Source: Tubulanus polymorphus
Lineage: Eukaryota > Animalia > Nemertea
Reading direction: 5' to 3'
Length of the DNA stretch: 64,000 bases
Assembly: GCF_964204645.1 (NCBI RefSeq)
Contig: NC_134026.1
Location: 11,369,950-11,433,949 of the forward strand
The notes under the pieces are model-generated. The model worked only from the letters and a program-made list of their open reading frames with translations. It was not told the origin of the DNA and ran no database searches. Shown here one piece after another: positions 37,054 through 49,351 of this stretch. Position 1 is the stretch's first letter, and each line of letters begins with the position of its first letter. Both the position numbers and the translations under genes were made by a program.

Positions 37054-37973
37054 GCGCTTAGAAAACCGGTTACTCTCGATCTATGTCAAACTGCCTATAT
37101 GTAATTGTATTAGGTTGTTTACAAAAACATCTGTGCCGCATTTTATATTCAGTTGAATGGGGCGCGCCTCATTTGAATATGTGCTATTTCAGTTGAAAAG
37201 GATTAATCAATTGCATTACAAAGGAACATCTGTTGCTTGGACAATGTTTAGCTAGTGAATAACTGGCAGTTATAAGCGCGCATAAGCATAGGAACGCATA
37301 GGATATTCTCTCTATAAACACAATTTTAGGAGTTTACAGTTATAAATGTAAGTACTGTTTTTGTTGTTATTAAGGCGTTGGGAAACGTTAAACATGTAAA
37401 ACTTACCCTGGTAAGATGCGCCACAAATGGCCATGTTTAAATGCTGTAATTAATATTTTACAACTACAACTTCAAGTTAGTTTTATTCTACGCTAGATAT
37501 TTATCTTTTAGATAACAAATGAAGACCATTAAATCAAGAAAGTGAAGATAGGAGGATGTGGAATCAGAAATAATGGATATTTCAACTCATGAGACTGTAG
37601 CCGTTTAGCCATACTGTATAGGCTTCCAATGCATTACGTTTGTCGGAATTTCAATTGCGTCATTAAGCTGTTGTTAATGACACACAGTGACAAGTGTTGT
37701 ATTGTACTTTATTGATTCCTGCATTCCACGCATACCTTACCGCTCCTCTCAGGAGCGGCTTGGAATGTGGAAATCGGTAATGATTGTAGAATAAAATATA
37801 TGTGTGTTTATGAAATAGTATTTCCACCAGTTTCTATGAATTTATTTTCAGTTTGAGGATTTATTATCAAGGATCCGAAATGACTTATCTGGACAGTTAT
37901 AATTACTGCTCCTAATAGATAAACAATAGTAGTGAGATATTAAATCCTAATTTAAATACAAAGTGTATTATAA

Positions 37974-38761
37974 ATGGAGGAACAATCACAAGCTATAAAT
38001 ATAAACAATAATATTGGTGTTGTAAATATATATATCAGAAGACATGTTGCAAATGTAAAAAAAGTAAACCATTTACAGAATATTATAATCATAAAACTAA
38101 GAAAGATGGTAAACAAACATATTGCAAAAGCTGTATTAAACTATATAATAAAAAATTTCTTGAAAATAATCCAAATTATTCAACAGAATATTATATGGAT
38201 AATATTGAAAAATTCAAAGTTAAAAATAAAAAATGGAGAGAAAATCATCGAGATTATAAAACAGAATATATGAGAGAATGGAGGGATAATAATCGTGAAC
38301 ATTATACAGAATATATGAATAATTATCAAAAAGAAAGGCGCCAAACAGATTTTAATTTTAAATTGAAAAAATATCTAAGTTCTAGATTATCAAATTTATT
38401 CAGTAAAGATAGACACTCATACACACTAACAAATTTATTGGATTGTTCAGATGAATTTCTCAAATCATGGATTACATTTCAGTTCAATGATGAAATGAAT
38501 ATTAATAATTATGGAGATTATTTTCATATTGATCACGTTTTACCAATATCTAAATTTGACATGAATGATGAATATGATAAAAAGTTAATTTGGAATTGGA
38601 AGAATCTAAGGCCCCTCGAAAAGAAAGAAAATATGATTAAACATGACAAACTAGATTTACCGTTATATTTAGAACAGTTAACAAAGGCAAAGAAATTCAT
38701 TGAATTATGGAACAATGATCCAAATAATGAACAATATGTTGAATCGTTATTGAGTGGATAA
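37974..38761 (+). pseudogene. HNH / endonuclease VII-like nuclease, copy 2 (frameshift near 38030)
   Basis: FHIDHVLP...WNWKNLRPLEKKENMIKHDK; N-terminal zinc ribbon in the shifted frame. Confidence 0.82.
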
Positions 38762-38998
38762 AGATTAATATATCTCAAATAAAATATAATAAAAATTACA
38801 TAACTTCAACTAGCTAGTGAATTCTATTATATTTTTAATATTTTCTTTTGGTAATTCTAATTGACACTAGATTGAATAGATTTGAATAGAAATTCTTTAA
38901 CTTTAACTAACCTAGTCAATTTAGTATTAACCCAAAGAGATACTAGTATCATTTTATAATACTTATAATATTTTTCTTATTAAATTTCTCTGATATAA

Positions 38999-39585
38999 AT
39001 GTCAAAGAAATCGAGTAAGAATAGTATTGATATTGAAAAAACGTTAGATGATTTGGGTATAAGTGATAATAAAGATACAGTTGTTTCTAATTCTATTCAC
39101 GTTAATAACAATATTGATTATGAATACTACTTATATTGTAAACACCATCTTGAGTTACTAATTGCTGGCGGGAAATCTAAAGAGTTTTTAACTAAGACTA
39201 TTACTTTTCAAGAATTAGATTAGATGAAACCAGATAAAGTAATAAAATATTTTAAGATTTATGAAGAAGCTAGATTAGCTAGAATAAATGATTCTATTTC
39301 AGATGGTATTGTCAAATGTTATTCTAAGTTATGTAACCGGTTAATACCAATTGATGAAAATAAATTATATAGTGATTTGAAAAATGACTACTTAGTTATG
39401 ACTGAATTACAAAATGGGTTGGTTATGCTTCATTTCAATTAGGATCGGTTATGACATTAATTTCTACTGGTGTCATAACATTTTCGAATATCAAACCTAT
39501 GGAATATAAATCAGGTAAGAACGAAACAGATGACGCTGTACTACAACCAAACGGTGAAACAGAAAATGAAAGAGAACAAAAATTA
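38999..39585 (+). pseudogene. Uncharacterised Maverick protein (stop at 39221, frameshift)
   Basis: Homologue of 3740-4330. Confidence 0.7.
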
Positions 39586-39595
39586 ACTAAAATAA

Positions 39596-39955
39596 ATGAG
39601 TGATGGCGTTAAGAAAAAGGATAGATCCGAGAAACAAATTAAATGGGCAAGAGAATTAGGTAAAAGATCTTCAGAATTAAAAAAAGCTAAGAAAAAGAAA
39701 TTAACTGATATAAATGAATCACAGAAATTATCTGATATTGATTCAAATAACAATCCATCTAATTCTTCTAATGCTGGAAGTAATAATTACTCATATATTA
39801 CAATTGGATTAGTAACGGTTATTATATTCTCTGGTGTAATATATAAATCAAAATTCAAATCTGATGATAAAGATGATTCCAATGATGATAAACCAGAAAA
39901 TAAGTCAAATCATAAAGTCATTGAAACTAAATCTAAATTATTATTAATGGATTAA
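39596..39955 (+). CDS. Small basic single-TM protein
   Basis: Homologue of 3400-3729. Confidence 0.72.
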   Translation: MSDGVKKKDRSEKQIKWARELGKRSSELKKAKKKKLTDINESQKLSDIDSNNNPSNSSNAGSNNYSYITIGLVTVIIFSGVIYKSKFKSDDKDDSNDDKPENKSNHKVIETKSKLLLMD

Positions 39956-39961
39956 AATAAG

Positions 39962-41051
39962 ATGAAAAAAGAACAATATTTAAGAGATTTATATTATAAC
40001 CCGGAAAGTGAAGTATCATATTCTAGCGTTTCAGAATTATGGGATAAAATTAAATCTGATAAAGAAAATGGTAATATAAAATATAGTGAATTAAAATCAT
40101 GGCTACAAAATCAACCAACATATCAAATCCACAAGAAAATGGATGAAATTTTTAACAAGAAAAGTTATGGTTTCATATATCGATCAACAATGGCAAGCAG
40201 ATTTAATTGACATGAAGAACTTAGAGGAATACAACAAAGGATATTTATGGATACTGAATGTTATAGACATATTCAGTAGACACGCATGGAGTATACCAAT
40301 CAAAAGTAAAACTGGTATAGAAGTGACAAATGCTTTTAAATCAATATTTAAAGAAGCTATTCCAGATAAGATACAATTTGATGAAGGTAAGGAATTTTAT
40401 AACAAACATTTTTAAAAACTATTATCTGATAACGATGTAGATTATTTTTCAACACATTCAGATAAAAAAGCATCTATTATAGAAAGATTTAATAAAACAT
40501 TGAAAACTAGAATGTGGAAATATTTTACTGCTAATGAAACATATAAATATATCGATGTGTTAGATGATTTAGTGAAAGGTTATAATAATTCTAAACATAG
40601 TTCTATAAATATGAAACCTATACAAGCTAGAAAAGAAGATAATTCGGAAATAGTTTGGAATAATTTATATGGAGCATTTGTTACACATGATTTTGGAGAA
40701 CCTAAATTTAAAATTGGACAACACGTTAGAATATCTAAATATAGAAAAACATTTTATAAAGGTTATACCCCTAATTTTACAGCAGAAATATTCAAGATTA
40801 AAAAGATAATATTAACTAAACCATTTGTTTATAAACTAGAAGATCTAAAAGATGAAGAAATATTAGGTTATTTCTATGAACAAGAATTATCACTTGTACC
40901 AAATCCAGATGAAATAGAATACAAAATAGAAAAAGTATTGAAAACAAAAACTCTTAAAGGAAAAAAGTATTCTTTGGTGAAATATAAAGGATATGATGAT
41001 AAATTTAATGAATGGATTTTATCTAGTAAAATTAAAAGAATAAATGAATAA
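39962..41051 (+). pseudogene. RVE integrase with chromodomain (element B)
   Basis: Same DDE and chromodomain motifs as 2263-3354; frameshift near 40145 and stop near 40413. Confidence 0.92.
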
Positions 41052-41651
41052 AGATTTATTTATATTTGAACCGCATAATATGTTAGTTACTGGAGTAACC
41101 AATTGTGGTAAAACACATTTCATATTAAACTTGTTAGAAACTATAAGAATCATTTTGATAATATAATATTATTCTGTCCTACTTATGAAATGAATAAAAC
41201 ATATAATAGAGATATAGTTAGGATAAAAAAGTTTATTATATTAGATCCTAAAACAGTAAAAGAAAATTTAGATAATTGTATTAAAATAGCAATTGATACT
41301 TATAAAGGATCAAATACATTATTCATTATAGATGATTTCGCTAATTTACATGATTCAAAAGTGAGAGAAAGTGAGTTATGTTATTTAGCTTTTTCTGGGA
41401 GACATTTTGGGATAACAACATGGGTTTTAAATCAAAAATATAATTCAATTGTTAAAGACTTTAGGGAGAATATAAGATTTCTAGTTTTATTCTATAACAA
41501 AGATAGAAAATCTATGCAACAATCATTGGAAGAAAATCAAATTATACCTACTGAATTACATGATGAATATATGAATAAATTAAAGAATAATAAAGGTTCA
41601 AAATTATTACTGAGACTACAATTTCCATATGAATATAAATTTATAAAATAA
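41044..41651 (+). pseudogene. Packaging ATPase (element B), 4-nt deletion near 41143
   Basis: GVTNCGKT Walker A, LFIIDD, GRH; homologue of 1659-2270. Confidence 0.9.
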
Positions 41652-41660
41652 CTATTTATA

Positions 41661-41984
41661 TATCTATCTATCTATTCTATAAGAGCTCGTTAATTACTCG
41701 TTACTTTTTTACTAACACTTTTATATTGAATAATCTATCAATTTATATGTTATTCATATATATTTTATCCATGTATATGAATATTTTAAGAGTAATAGGG
41801 GTAATGGGCTTTCAGGTTAAAGGTTGAACGGTTGAGAAATTTTCTAAATATGAAAATAATAATAATTTCTACTTGAATTAGGAGTGTACGCGACTAATTC
41901 AAGTAGAAATTATTGTTATTTTCATATTTGGAAAATTTCTCGACCGTTTGACCTTTGGCCTGAAAGCCCATTACCCCTATTACT
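41661..41984. repeat. Right TIR of element B including complete terminal hairpin 41791-41984
   Basis: 91-bp arms (41791-41881 / 41894-41984), 12-nt loop, seven mismatches, all G-T on the + strand. Confidence 0.94.
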
Positions 41985-42403
41985 AACAACCGACAGTGTT
42001 TTGAAATGGGGGAAGTCCGTACCATCGTATGGAACTGACACTGTTACGCTGTTATACGATCTCCGTCCCGGACGGAGATCGTATAATGTTACTTCCTTTG
42101 TTAGTTAACGGACTCCGTTAAATAAAAAAGGAAGTTTCCACTTGTTGACAGTTTTAACCAACTCATGAGCTGTGATACTATCCGCACCAGAAGAGCGAGC
42201 TACGTCATTCATGGAGTTGGGTGCCAGTGATCTACCGTGCGAAAAAACTTTTGGTTGTATATTGGACATACAGAATGATAATCAATACTGCCGCATTTCC
42301 ACAAACGACCGGAACGGTATTGCCATTCTTCGGGTACTAGCATTTGGTGGTACTTTTTAGGTGTATTCAATTCCCCGGGATTGAATTTTATAGTTTAGCA
42401 AGC

Positions 42404-43110
42404 CTTGGTTGTGCTCGGTCATTCACCCTAACTTATTCTTATTATCATTGGTGTCTAAAACGTAGCTACCAGTTTGTAAGGGCAGACACATTGATATTAG
42501 TCCGTCGGAGAATCACCAATGTTTATGTTTATGTTTTACTAACTCACGATATTTTGTATTAATGAAATAATTATAGTTCTGAATACTTCGATCAGAATCT
42601 TACTTTTTTATTGAACTGCGTATAAAAGAGATATTATTCGTGACTGTCTGTAGATTTGCATTCTTTTATGTTTGCACAGTTGATATTTTGTAGTTTTACT
42701 TCGCAGTCCAGAACATTTCTTCTATGACCAGCGACATCGTCTTGCGCCGCTAGGTGTCCGCACGAAGTTATGAAGTTATACGTCCACTCCCACTAGAAGC
42801 CCGGCCGTACAAGATTATCAACCAGAAGCTTTTCGTAGTATCACGACGTCAGCCGGAAATTTCTACTTGGTTGTGCTTGGTCTGTCACCCTAACTTATTC
42901 TTGTCATCATTGGTGTATAAAACATAACCTCTAGTTTGTAAGCACAGACATATTGATATCAACCCCCCGAAGAGATCACCTGTGTTTATATAGTGCTTGC
43001 TGTCCACAGGGTAAGTTTTACCAACTCACGATATTTTGTATAAATGATATAATCCTAGTTCTGAATACTTCGATTAGAATCATACTTTGTGATTGAAAAG
43101 AGATGTTATT
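42404..43110. repeat. Imperfect direct duplication (about 240 bp) in unclassified repeat DNA
   Basis: CTTGGTTGTGCT.GGTC...CACCCTAACTTATTCTT...GAATACTTCGAT.AGAATC at about 42404 and again at about 42866. Confidence 0.65.
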
Positions 43111-43959
43111 TTTTCAAATTAATGGGATGAACCATTATTGCAATACAAACTGATGCAGTGTAAAACTGTCTTGAATACAAAGCAAACTAGTCTAGTACCT
43201 AGCCGTTGTTCCTCAAACAACGTCTTGGGCGAAAGTGCTCATAAGGTAAATTTTCGTCCCTCATTTTGAGGGACGAGGCTATGAGCGTCTATTTCACCCC
43301 TTAAAACACCACCAACTTACCTCAAACTGACTGTTCTGTAATCATATGGAAGTTAACTATTGTTTGTGCATAAATTTTTAATGCTAAGTAGCTTTTGACG
43401 ATCGTAGTAGCTCAAAACGTTTGACTTGTCGCCTCAAAAAACAGTTGAAGTGAAGCAACATAACAAATATGGCGGCTTTTCGCGGTGCATGATGGGAGTG
43501 TAAATTACGGATTCGAACTTAAACTTGGACTGCGTCGATGCCAATGCAGATATTATTGTTGTTTCAAATTATTAAAGTAGTTCTAGAATTTGTTAACGTA
43601 AACATTATTTTCTGACAACCTTATATTATTGATATATTATGGTGGCAAAAATAAAATCAAACAATTTTTTGCGAAATCGGCATTTTATTAGAGTCAATTT
43701 TAAAAATACCGCCGGTGAGTCACGTGATGAGATGACGTTAGAGGTTGGCAACACGAACCCGGAAGTAAATGAAATGCGTTTGTTTCTCGGCGTTATTTTT
43801 TCGAGTTTACGATGGTAAAAAAATGTGTCGCGTACGGGTGTGCTAACACACATAAGGATGGTGTATCTTTACACACATTTCCGCATCCAGTAAAGGATGA
43901 GCAGCGATACAAAGACTGGATTAGGCAAGTGAATCGTACACGTCATGACTAGCCGGGAT

Positions 43960-46273
43960 CGCCGTCGATGAATTCATTAAATGGCCGGCAGTCGACGATT
44001 TGAATGACCTGAAGAGAGGCTTTTTTGATCTGGCCGGATTTCCGAACGTTGTTGGTGCCGTCGACTGTATGCACATTCGCATTCAGGCTCCAACAGAAAA
44101 TGAGCCAGCTTTCGTCAACAGAAAGAGCTTTCATAGCATCAATGTTCAGGCAATATGTGATCATAAAGGTAAAATATATTCCCAGTTAATGTTTTGTTTC
44201 TCCCGTAATTCATATATTTCCGGGTACTTGCGACTAGATGCAGCAAGCGACAGTTTTATCTCAGTCTTAGCATTACAGTAGAAGGCGCTACTATACAGTC
44301 CCTAATCTTCCCCGCTTCAATACTGGTCCGAATCCCAAGATAGGTCTACCATCATGAAGCATACTGATCCACAGCTGAATTGTACTTTCAAAAAGATCAA
44401 ACGATTTATATACGTAGGTTTCTTGGCATGTCCTGGGAGAACACACGCATTGTTCCTTATGTACGATAATACATTATCCGCCTTAATGGTTGTTTGTCTG
44501 AAACATTTATACTTGTATCAGACGAGCATTCTAAATCACTTTGAAGGTAATCACGGCGCTGTAGTCATGAGAAGAATTCGTGGAAATGAGCAATTATGAA
44601 ATCAACTTATGAAACACTCGCTGACCCTTAGTCTGATAATTCGATAATAAGGAGTAATATTAAAGAGTAATATTAAAAAGTAATATTAAAGAGTTTTATT
44701 ATTTTAATTAATAAGTGTTTGTGTGTTTAAATTTGAATGTACTAATAATGATAAAGAATATAATTAAGAAAGATGATATTTCGGCTTACATTGTATATTA
44801 CTATTTAGACAAAATTAAATACCATTCATTGTGGGAATTGTAATCATTGGATAAGTTAAAATAAATGAGTTCGAGGGTTGGAAAAATAGTATATATGTAA
44901 TCTCTTCGGTGCGGTTGAGAAGGAGAGCAGACCGGCAGGTATCATGACGTCGAGGGTCGGGTTAAAGTTAGCAGCGAATGAAAAGTCTAGGAATCAGGAC
45001 CCCAGCTCTGCGTCGTGGTGCTGCGTTGGTTGCTCGTTCCCTTTTACGGCTGGCCGCAAGCAGGGTTCTGGATTTTTCTTGGGTGTGGACGCAGCCGTAT
45101 AAAAGGGGCCGCACCTCGAGAGAGAGCGGACTCTTTTAGAAAGCATTTTCAGGGGAAGCATTAGAAGACTATAGAACAGATAACTTTCGGCTATACGGTT
45201 GAATTGCATCTTCTTGTGTGCGGGATTTGTAACAAAATTCTAAATTAAAAGGTAGGGAATTTTATAAATTGTTGAGACTATAGTTCAGTTAAAATTGTAG
45301 AATTAAAGTTGAGTATTATCATATTTAAATCCGGAGTTCCTTTTATTCCTTGGTTTTCGGGTTTCTGTGTTCGTGGTCGACTTTCTCGCCAGGGACCGGA
45401 GTTTGTAATATAGGAAAAAGACAATAGAGAAAGGGACCGCGGAACAATATCCTACTTATGTTTGTGTCAAACTTAACCCTCAGTCATTATACGTAAAAAA
45501 TGTCTATTAGCAGGCCTATTGATCACGCTGTTTTTCTTCTTTCTAGCAAGATTCACTCATGATAGTCATATATTCCGATCATCTCCAGTCAGCAGGTATG
45601 AATGTCTCCGTCTCACTTGAACTATGTGTTCGCCCTCCCTTGTTTCTGTAATTTATGAACTATAAAAATAACCTTTTCATAGATATCAATTCTTGCATAT
45701 TCTAAAGTGTTACGTTATTGGAAAAACCAGAAGGAAAATAATTTTCTCATGAGTCGAAATCTAAGAAAAAGTCCATTTGACTGAGAATTGCTATCAGTCA
45801 TTGGAATCTTTTCTTATTGAAGCTTAGAACCATTCACCATCTATAACTCACAACTTGATTTAGAAATGGCTGATTTCTTCTTTCCTAGATATTTGGAAGC
45901 ACATCCAGAATATGATGGCATCGTTTTAGGAGATAGTGGATATGCGTGCCGGAGGTTTCTGCTTACTCCGTTTTTACATCCGCGCTCAAGGGCAGAAAGA
46001 AGGTACAATGTCTCTCATAAAAGTACCAGAAGCATCATAGAAAGGGCTTTTGGAATCTTTAAACGCCGATTCCACATTCTACACGGAGAGATAAGAATGA
46101 TACCCGGACGTGTCTGTAAGATCGTTTTGTGCTGTGCCATACTACACAACATAGCTATACAGTTGGATGAACCAGAGCCCGCAGATGTCGTCGACGAAAT
46201 GGAGTTTGATGACGTCTTTGCACCACTAAATGTTGATGGCGTGGCATTCAGTGCCAGGCATTTCAATGACTAA
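43960..46273 (+). pseudogene. Harbinger (HARBI1-like) DDE transposase, spliced, N-terminus missing
   Basis: [55 protein letters not shown]. Confidence 0.9.
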
Positions 46274-46372
46274 AATCAATCTAATCATGGGAACAATCTT
46301 TAATAAAATTGAAAAAAACATTCAATCATACGTTGTATTGGATAATTATAAACATGAAATGGAATCTTTAAA

Positions 46373-47529
46373 TTATTCTTCTAATTTTCTAATTTCCAGA
46401 AGTACTTTTTGTTTTTGGAATTCTGCCACTTCTTTCTGGACAACCAGCAACTCGCACTGAAGCTGCAATCGGTCATCAGTGGTAAACTTCCTCCGTTTTG
46501 GCAGTTTTGCTACTACTGACTCCGGCAGCGTAGTTGTCAGCTTCTCTTGCTCCTCTGTAACTTTTGGCTCAGGTTCCGAATTGCTGTCAATCAGCGATTG
46601 TAATTCATAAGCATCTGAAAATGAGAAATCAACCCAATGAGTAAGATGAGGTAATAAAAAGCTGATTGACATAGAATTGAATTGGACCGAGCCAAATTCC
46701 AAATCCGTAACCGCAATTTAGGTACACCCTCCATTAGTAGTTTTAGGTTCTTCTTGAACTTTGCTGTACATGACTGCATGTTGCCTAAGTTAACAGTTAT
46801 AATGGCCGGAATCTAGCATTGATTTTCATATCAGACAATGAGAAAGTATGTAAAGGTAAGCATTTAAATAATCAGTAAGTCCAGAGGGCTTTAATTATCT
46901 CTTATCTGTGCGAACTAAATCACAGTCACTAGAAGCCGGTCTGAAGATCGTTGGCTAGAAACAAAAACAAAGGCAGACGATTGAAAATATGCTACCAAAT
47001 TAGACCCAAAAATCATTCAAAGACCTTTTAATAGTATTTGAATAAAATGATACACGATAGATTAACTCACCAATAGTTGTCGCTCAAAAAGGTAGTTTCA
47101 CACCACACCACCTTCTATTCCAAAAAAAAGGATGGATTCCCTCGCTCTTCTTGGATGGCAATAATCTCGTTTATAACTGGTGACGGCTGAGTAGGTGCAG
47201 GTCCTCCTCCAGTTTTCCGGCTCTCCCGCTGATAGCCTCCTACTGTGGCCTTGGCAGTTACACAAAGCTGCCGCCACTTTTCCTTTACAGCAGCAGGTGT
47301 CCTCTCACAAATTCCAAGAGAACTCACTGACTTACTTATCTCCACCCACTTATCATGTTTTTTTCCGATTTGTAACACTGTTTGTGAAGCTGCTGGTCAA
47401 TAAATCGTAGTTTTCTCTCACTAGGCTAGTTAACAGATCGATTTCTATTACACTGAAGTTAGTTTTTCTTTTATTTCTAATGTTTTGTAGAGCAGGTTTA
47501 ACTGACACAGATTCCATGTTTGCAGCCAT
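46373..47529 (-). pseudogene. Harbinger Myb/SANT-like DNA-binding protein
   Basis: RKTNFS..EIDLL...KWVEIS...RTPAAVKEKW...KTGGGP; frameshift near 47360; C-terminal coiled-coil exon. Confidence 0.85.
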
Positions 47530-49273
47530 TTTGATTTTGAAAATGAGGCTAAACACTGTTTAGGACTTAACTACTAGTTAAAAAAAGATAACGACTCGTT
47601 AGTTAACCAAAGGCTTAAACAGTCTTTGAGCAACCGATCTAAACAGTCGTTAAACGAGTGTTTAAGTAACGAATCTTCAGGGATTTTAACCAGTCGTTAG
47701 TCTTAACGACTGGTTAAAATTAAACAACCTTTGAGCAACCGGCCCCTGGTGTCTAATTTCAGGGATGAATCGTGGCAACCTGGTGAGAAATTCAATATGA
47801 TCTCCGAGAGTCAACTGATGTCGCTGTTCAAAATGTGCCCGCAATGTGTCACTGAGCCCAAAATGAAAACATCAAATGGAACTGCCATCTCTGTGCTTCA
47901 GGAATGCCAATCTGGGTTTTGTGGTTTTAAGCGTGTCTGGCACAGCCAACCGAAAATAGCCAATGTGCCTGTGGGAAACATATCTCTCAGTGCTGCAATA
48001 CGTTTTGCTGGATTGGCTCCATCTAAGGCCTTGCGTTTGTTTCAACATATGAATGTGCACAGCATTTCATATGATACGTTGATGAAACATCAATCAAAGT
48101 ACTTAATTCCAGCCGTGAATGAGGTTTTAACAAAGAAAGTGAGGCACTTTTGTCATCTTTGAAAGAAAAAGAATCCAATGGTAGGCCCATGCACTTCTTT
48201 AGGTTTGAAATTATCATAATTCAAATTAGCAATTTTCCATGCCAATTTACCCGATTTTCATCTAGGTCACTCTGCCAAATATGGAACCTATACCGTAATG
48301 GAAAAGAACTCGAACAAAATCATATCGGCAAAGCTTGTACAGGTATGTAAAATATTGTAAATTAGTTCTTATAAAAATTACACATTTTTCTTTTAATTTA
48401 ACTTATAATATTGACTTCATTCTTTAGTCAAAAGAAGTAACATCTAGTTCGGCCATGGAGAAGGAAGGGTTGATACGGTCTCTTCATGAACTGTCATCAT
48501 TTGGTATCGTTGTCAAAGAACTGGTGACTGACAGACACGTTTCTATCCGGAAAATGATGAGAACAGATTATTCCAACATTAAACACAGTTTTGATGTTTG
48601 GCATCTAGAAAAAGTAGGGTATCTGACTTTTTTTACAAATTTATTTTAAAAATGATTGTTCAAATAATATTTCCTCACCTTTTTAGGTCTTGGAAAAAAA
48701 CTATTGGCTGTTGGTAAAGAAAGAGGGTGTCAGCTCGTTTATGATTGGAAGGCCGCAATATCCAAACATCTAGTATGGGCGGCTCTTTCTAATCATATCG
48801 AAGATATACACGTCCATGATAACCCCCATTTTCCTGAATGTCAACACGGAGAAATAGCAGAAAGAGAATATTTCACTAGCCGTAACTGTTGTCATAACAT
48901 GGCTACGTTGTTTTCTATTGTTGATCATATTTTGCCTCCTTTTACAGTTAATTGATGGACACTATATGTAATGGTAAATCTCATTGATAAATACTATGTT
49001 GTTGCTTTTGGCTTTGGCTTTACTTGTATTTACACACTTCTAATCTATTTTCTCTCACTATAAGCTTATGTGTAATTCTGTGCAGGCACATTGATGCCAT
49101 GAATCCTACAAGAAGCCTTTATTTAGGGGCTGGACTAGAGACTATATGGGTTGAAGGGGCTATATCTAAAATATCTATAACCAAAGTATCTTTTGCTCAC
49201 ATTCTCCTGGTTTATCCAACAGCATTTTTTTAGATTTCGTATTGCACTGTGGTTAGGTTACACTGTTACATAT

Positions 49274-49275
<2 letters not shown>

Positions 49276-49348
<73 letters not shown>
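49276..49348. repeat. (TA)n microsatellite
   Basis: Pure TA dinucleotide run. Confidence 0.98.

Positions 49349-49351
<3 letters not shown>

Larger units (their letters stand above)
16897..41984 (+). mobile_element. Maverick/Polinton-type element B, nearly full length (about 18 kb without the BEL insert), pseudogenised
   Basis: Inverted termini 16897-17177 and 41661-41984; PolB, minor and major capsid, HNH, integrase and ATPase genes. The left terminus lacks its outer ~55 bp, so no TSD can be read. Confidence 0.95.
43955..47745. mobile_element. PIF/Harbinger transposon, 5'-truncated
   Basis: Convergent transposase and Myb/SANT genes; right TIR ...TTGAGCAACCGGCCC followed by CTG; left TIR not found. 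Confidence 0.88.

Noticed and set aside
16891-41990. Target-site duplication for element B
   Set aside because: The left terminus is truncated inside the hairpin, and the flanks (GCTATT versus AACAAC) do not match.
44630-45446. Possible solo LTR in a Harbinger intron (TATAAAA box, ends in CA)
   Set aside because: I could not fix a left boundary with a matching TSD.
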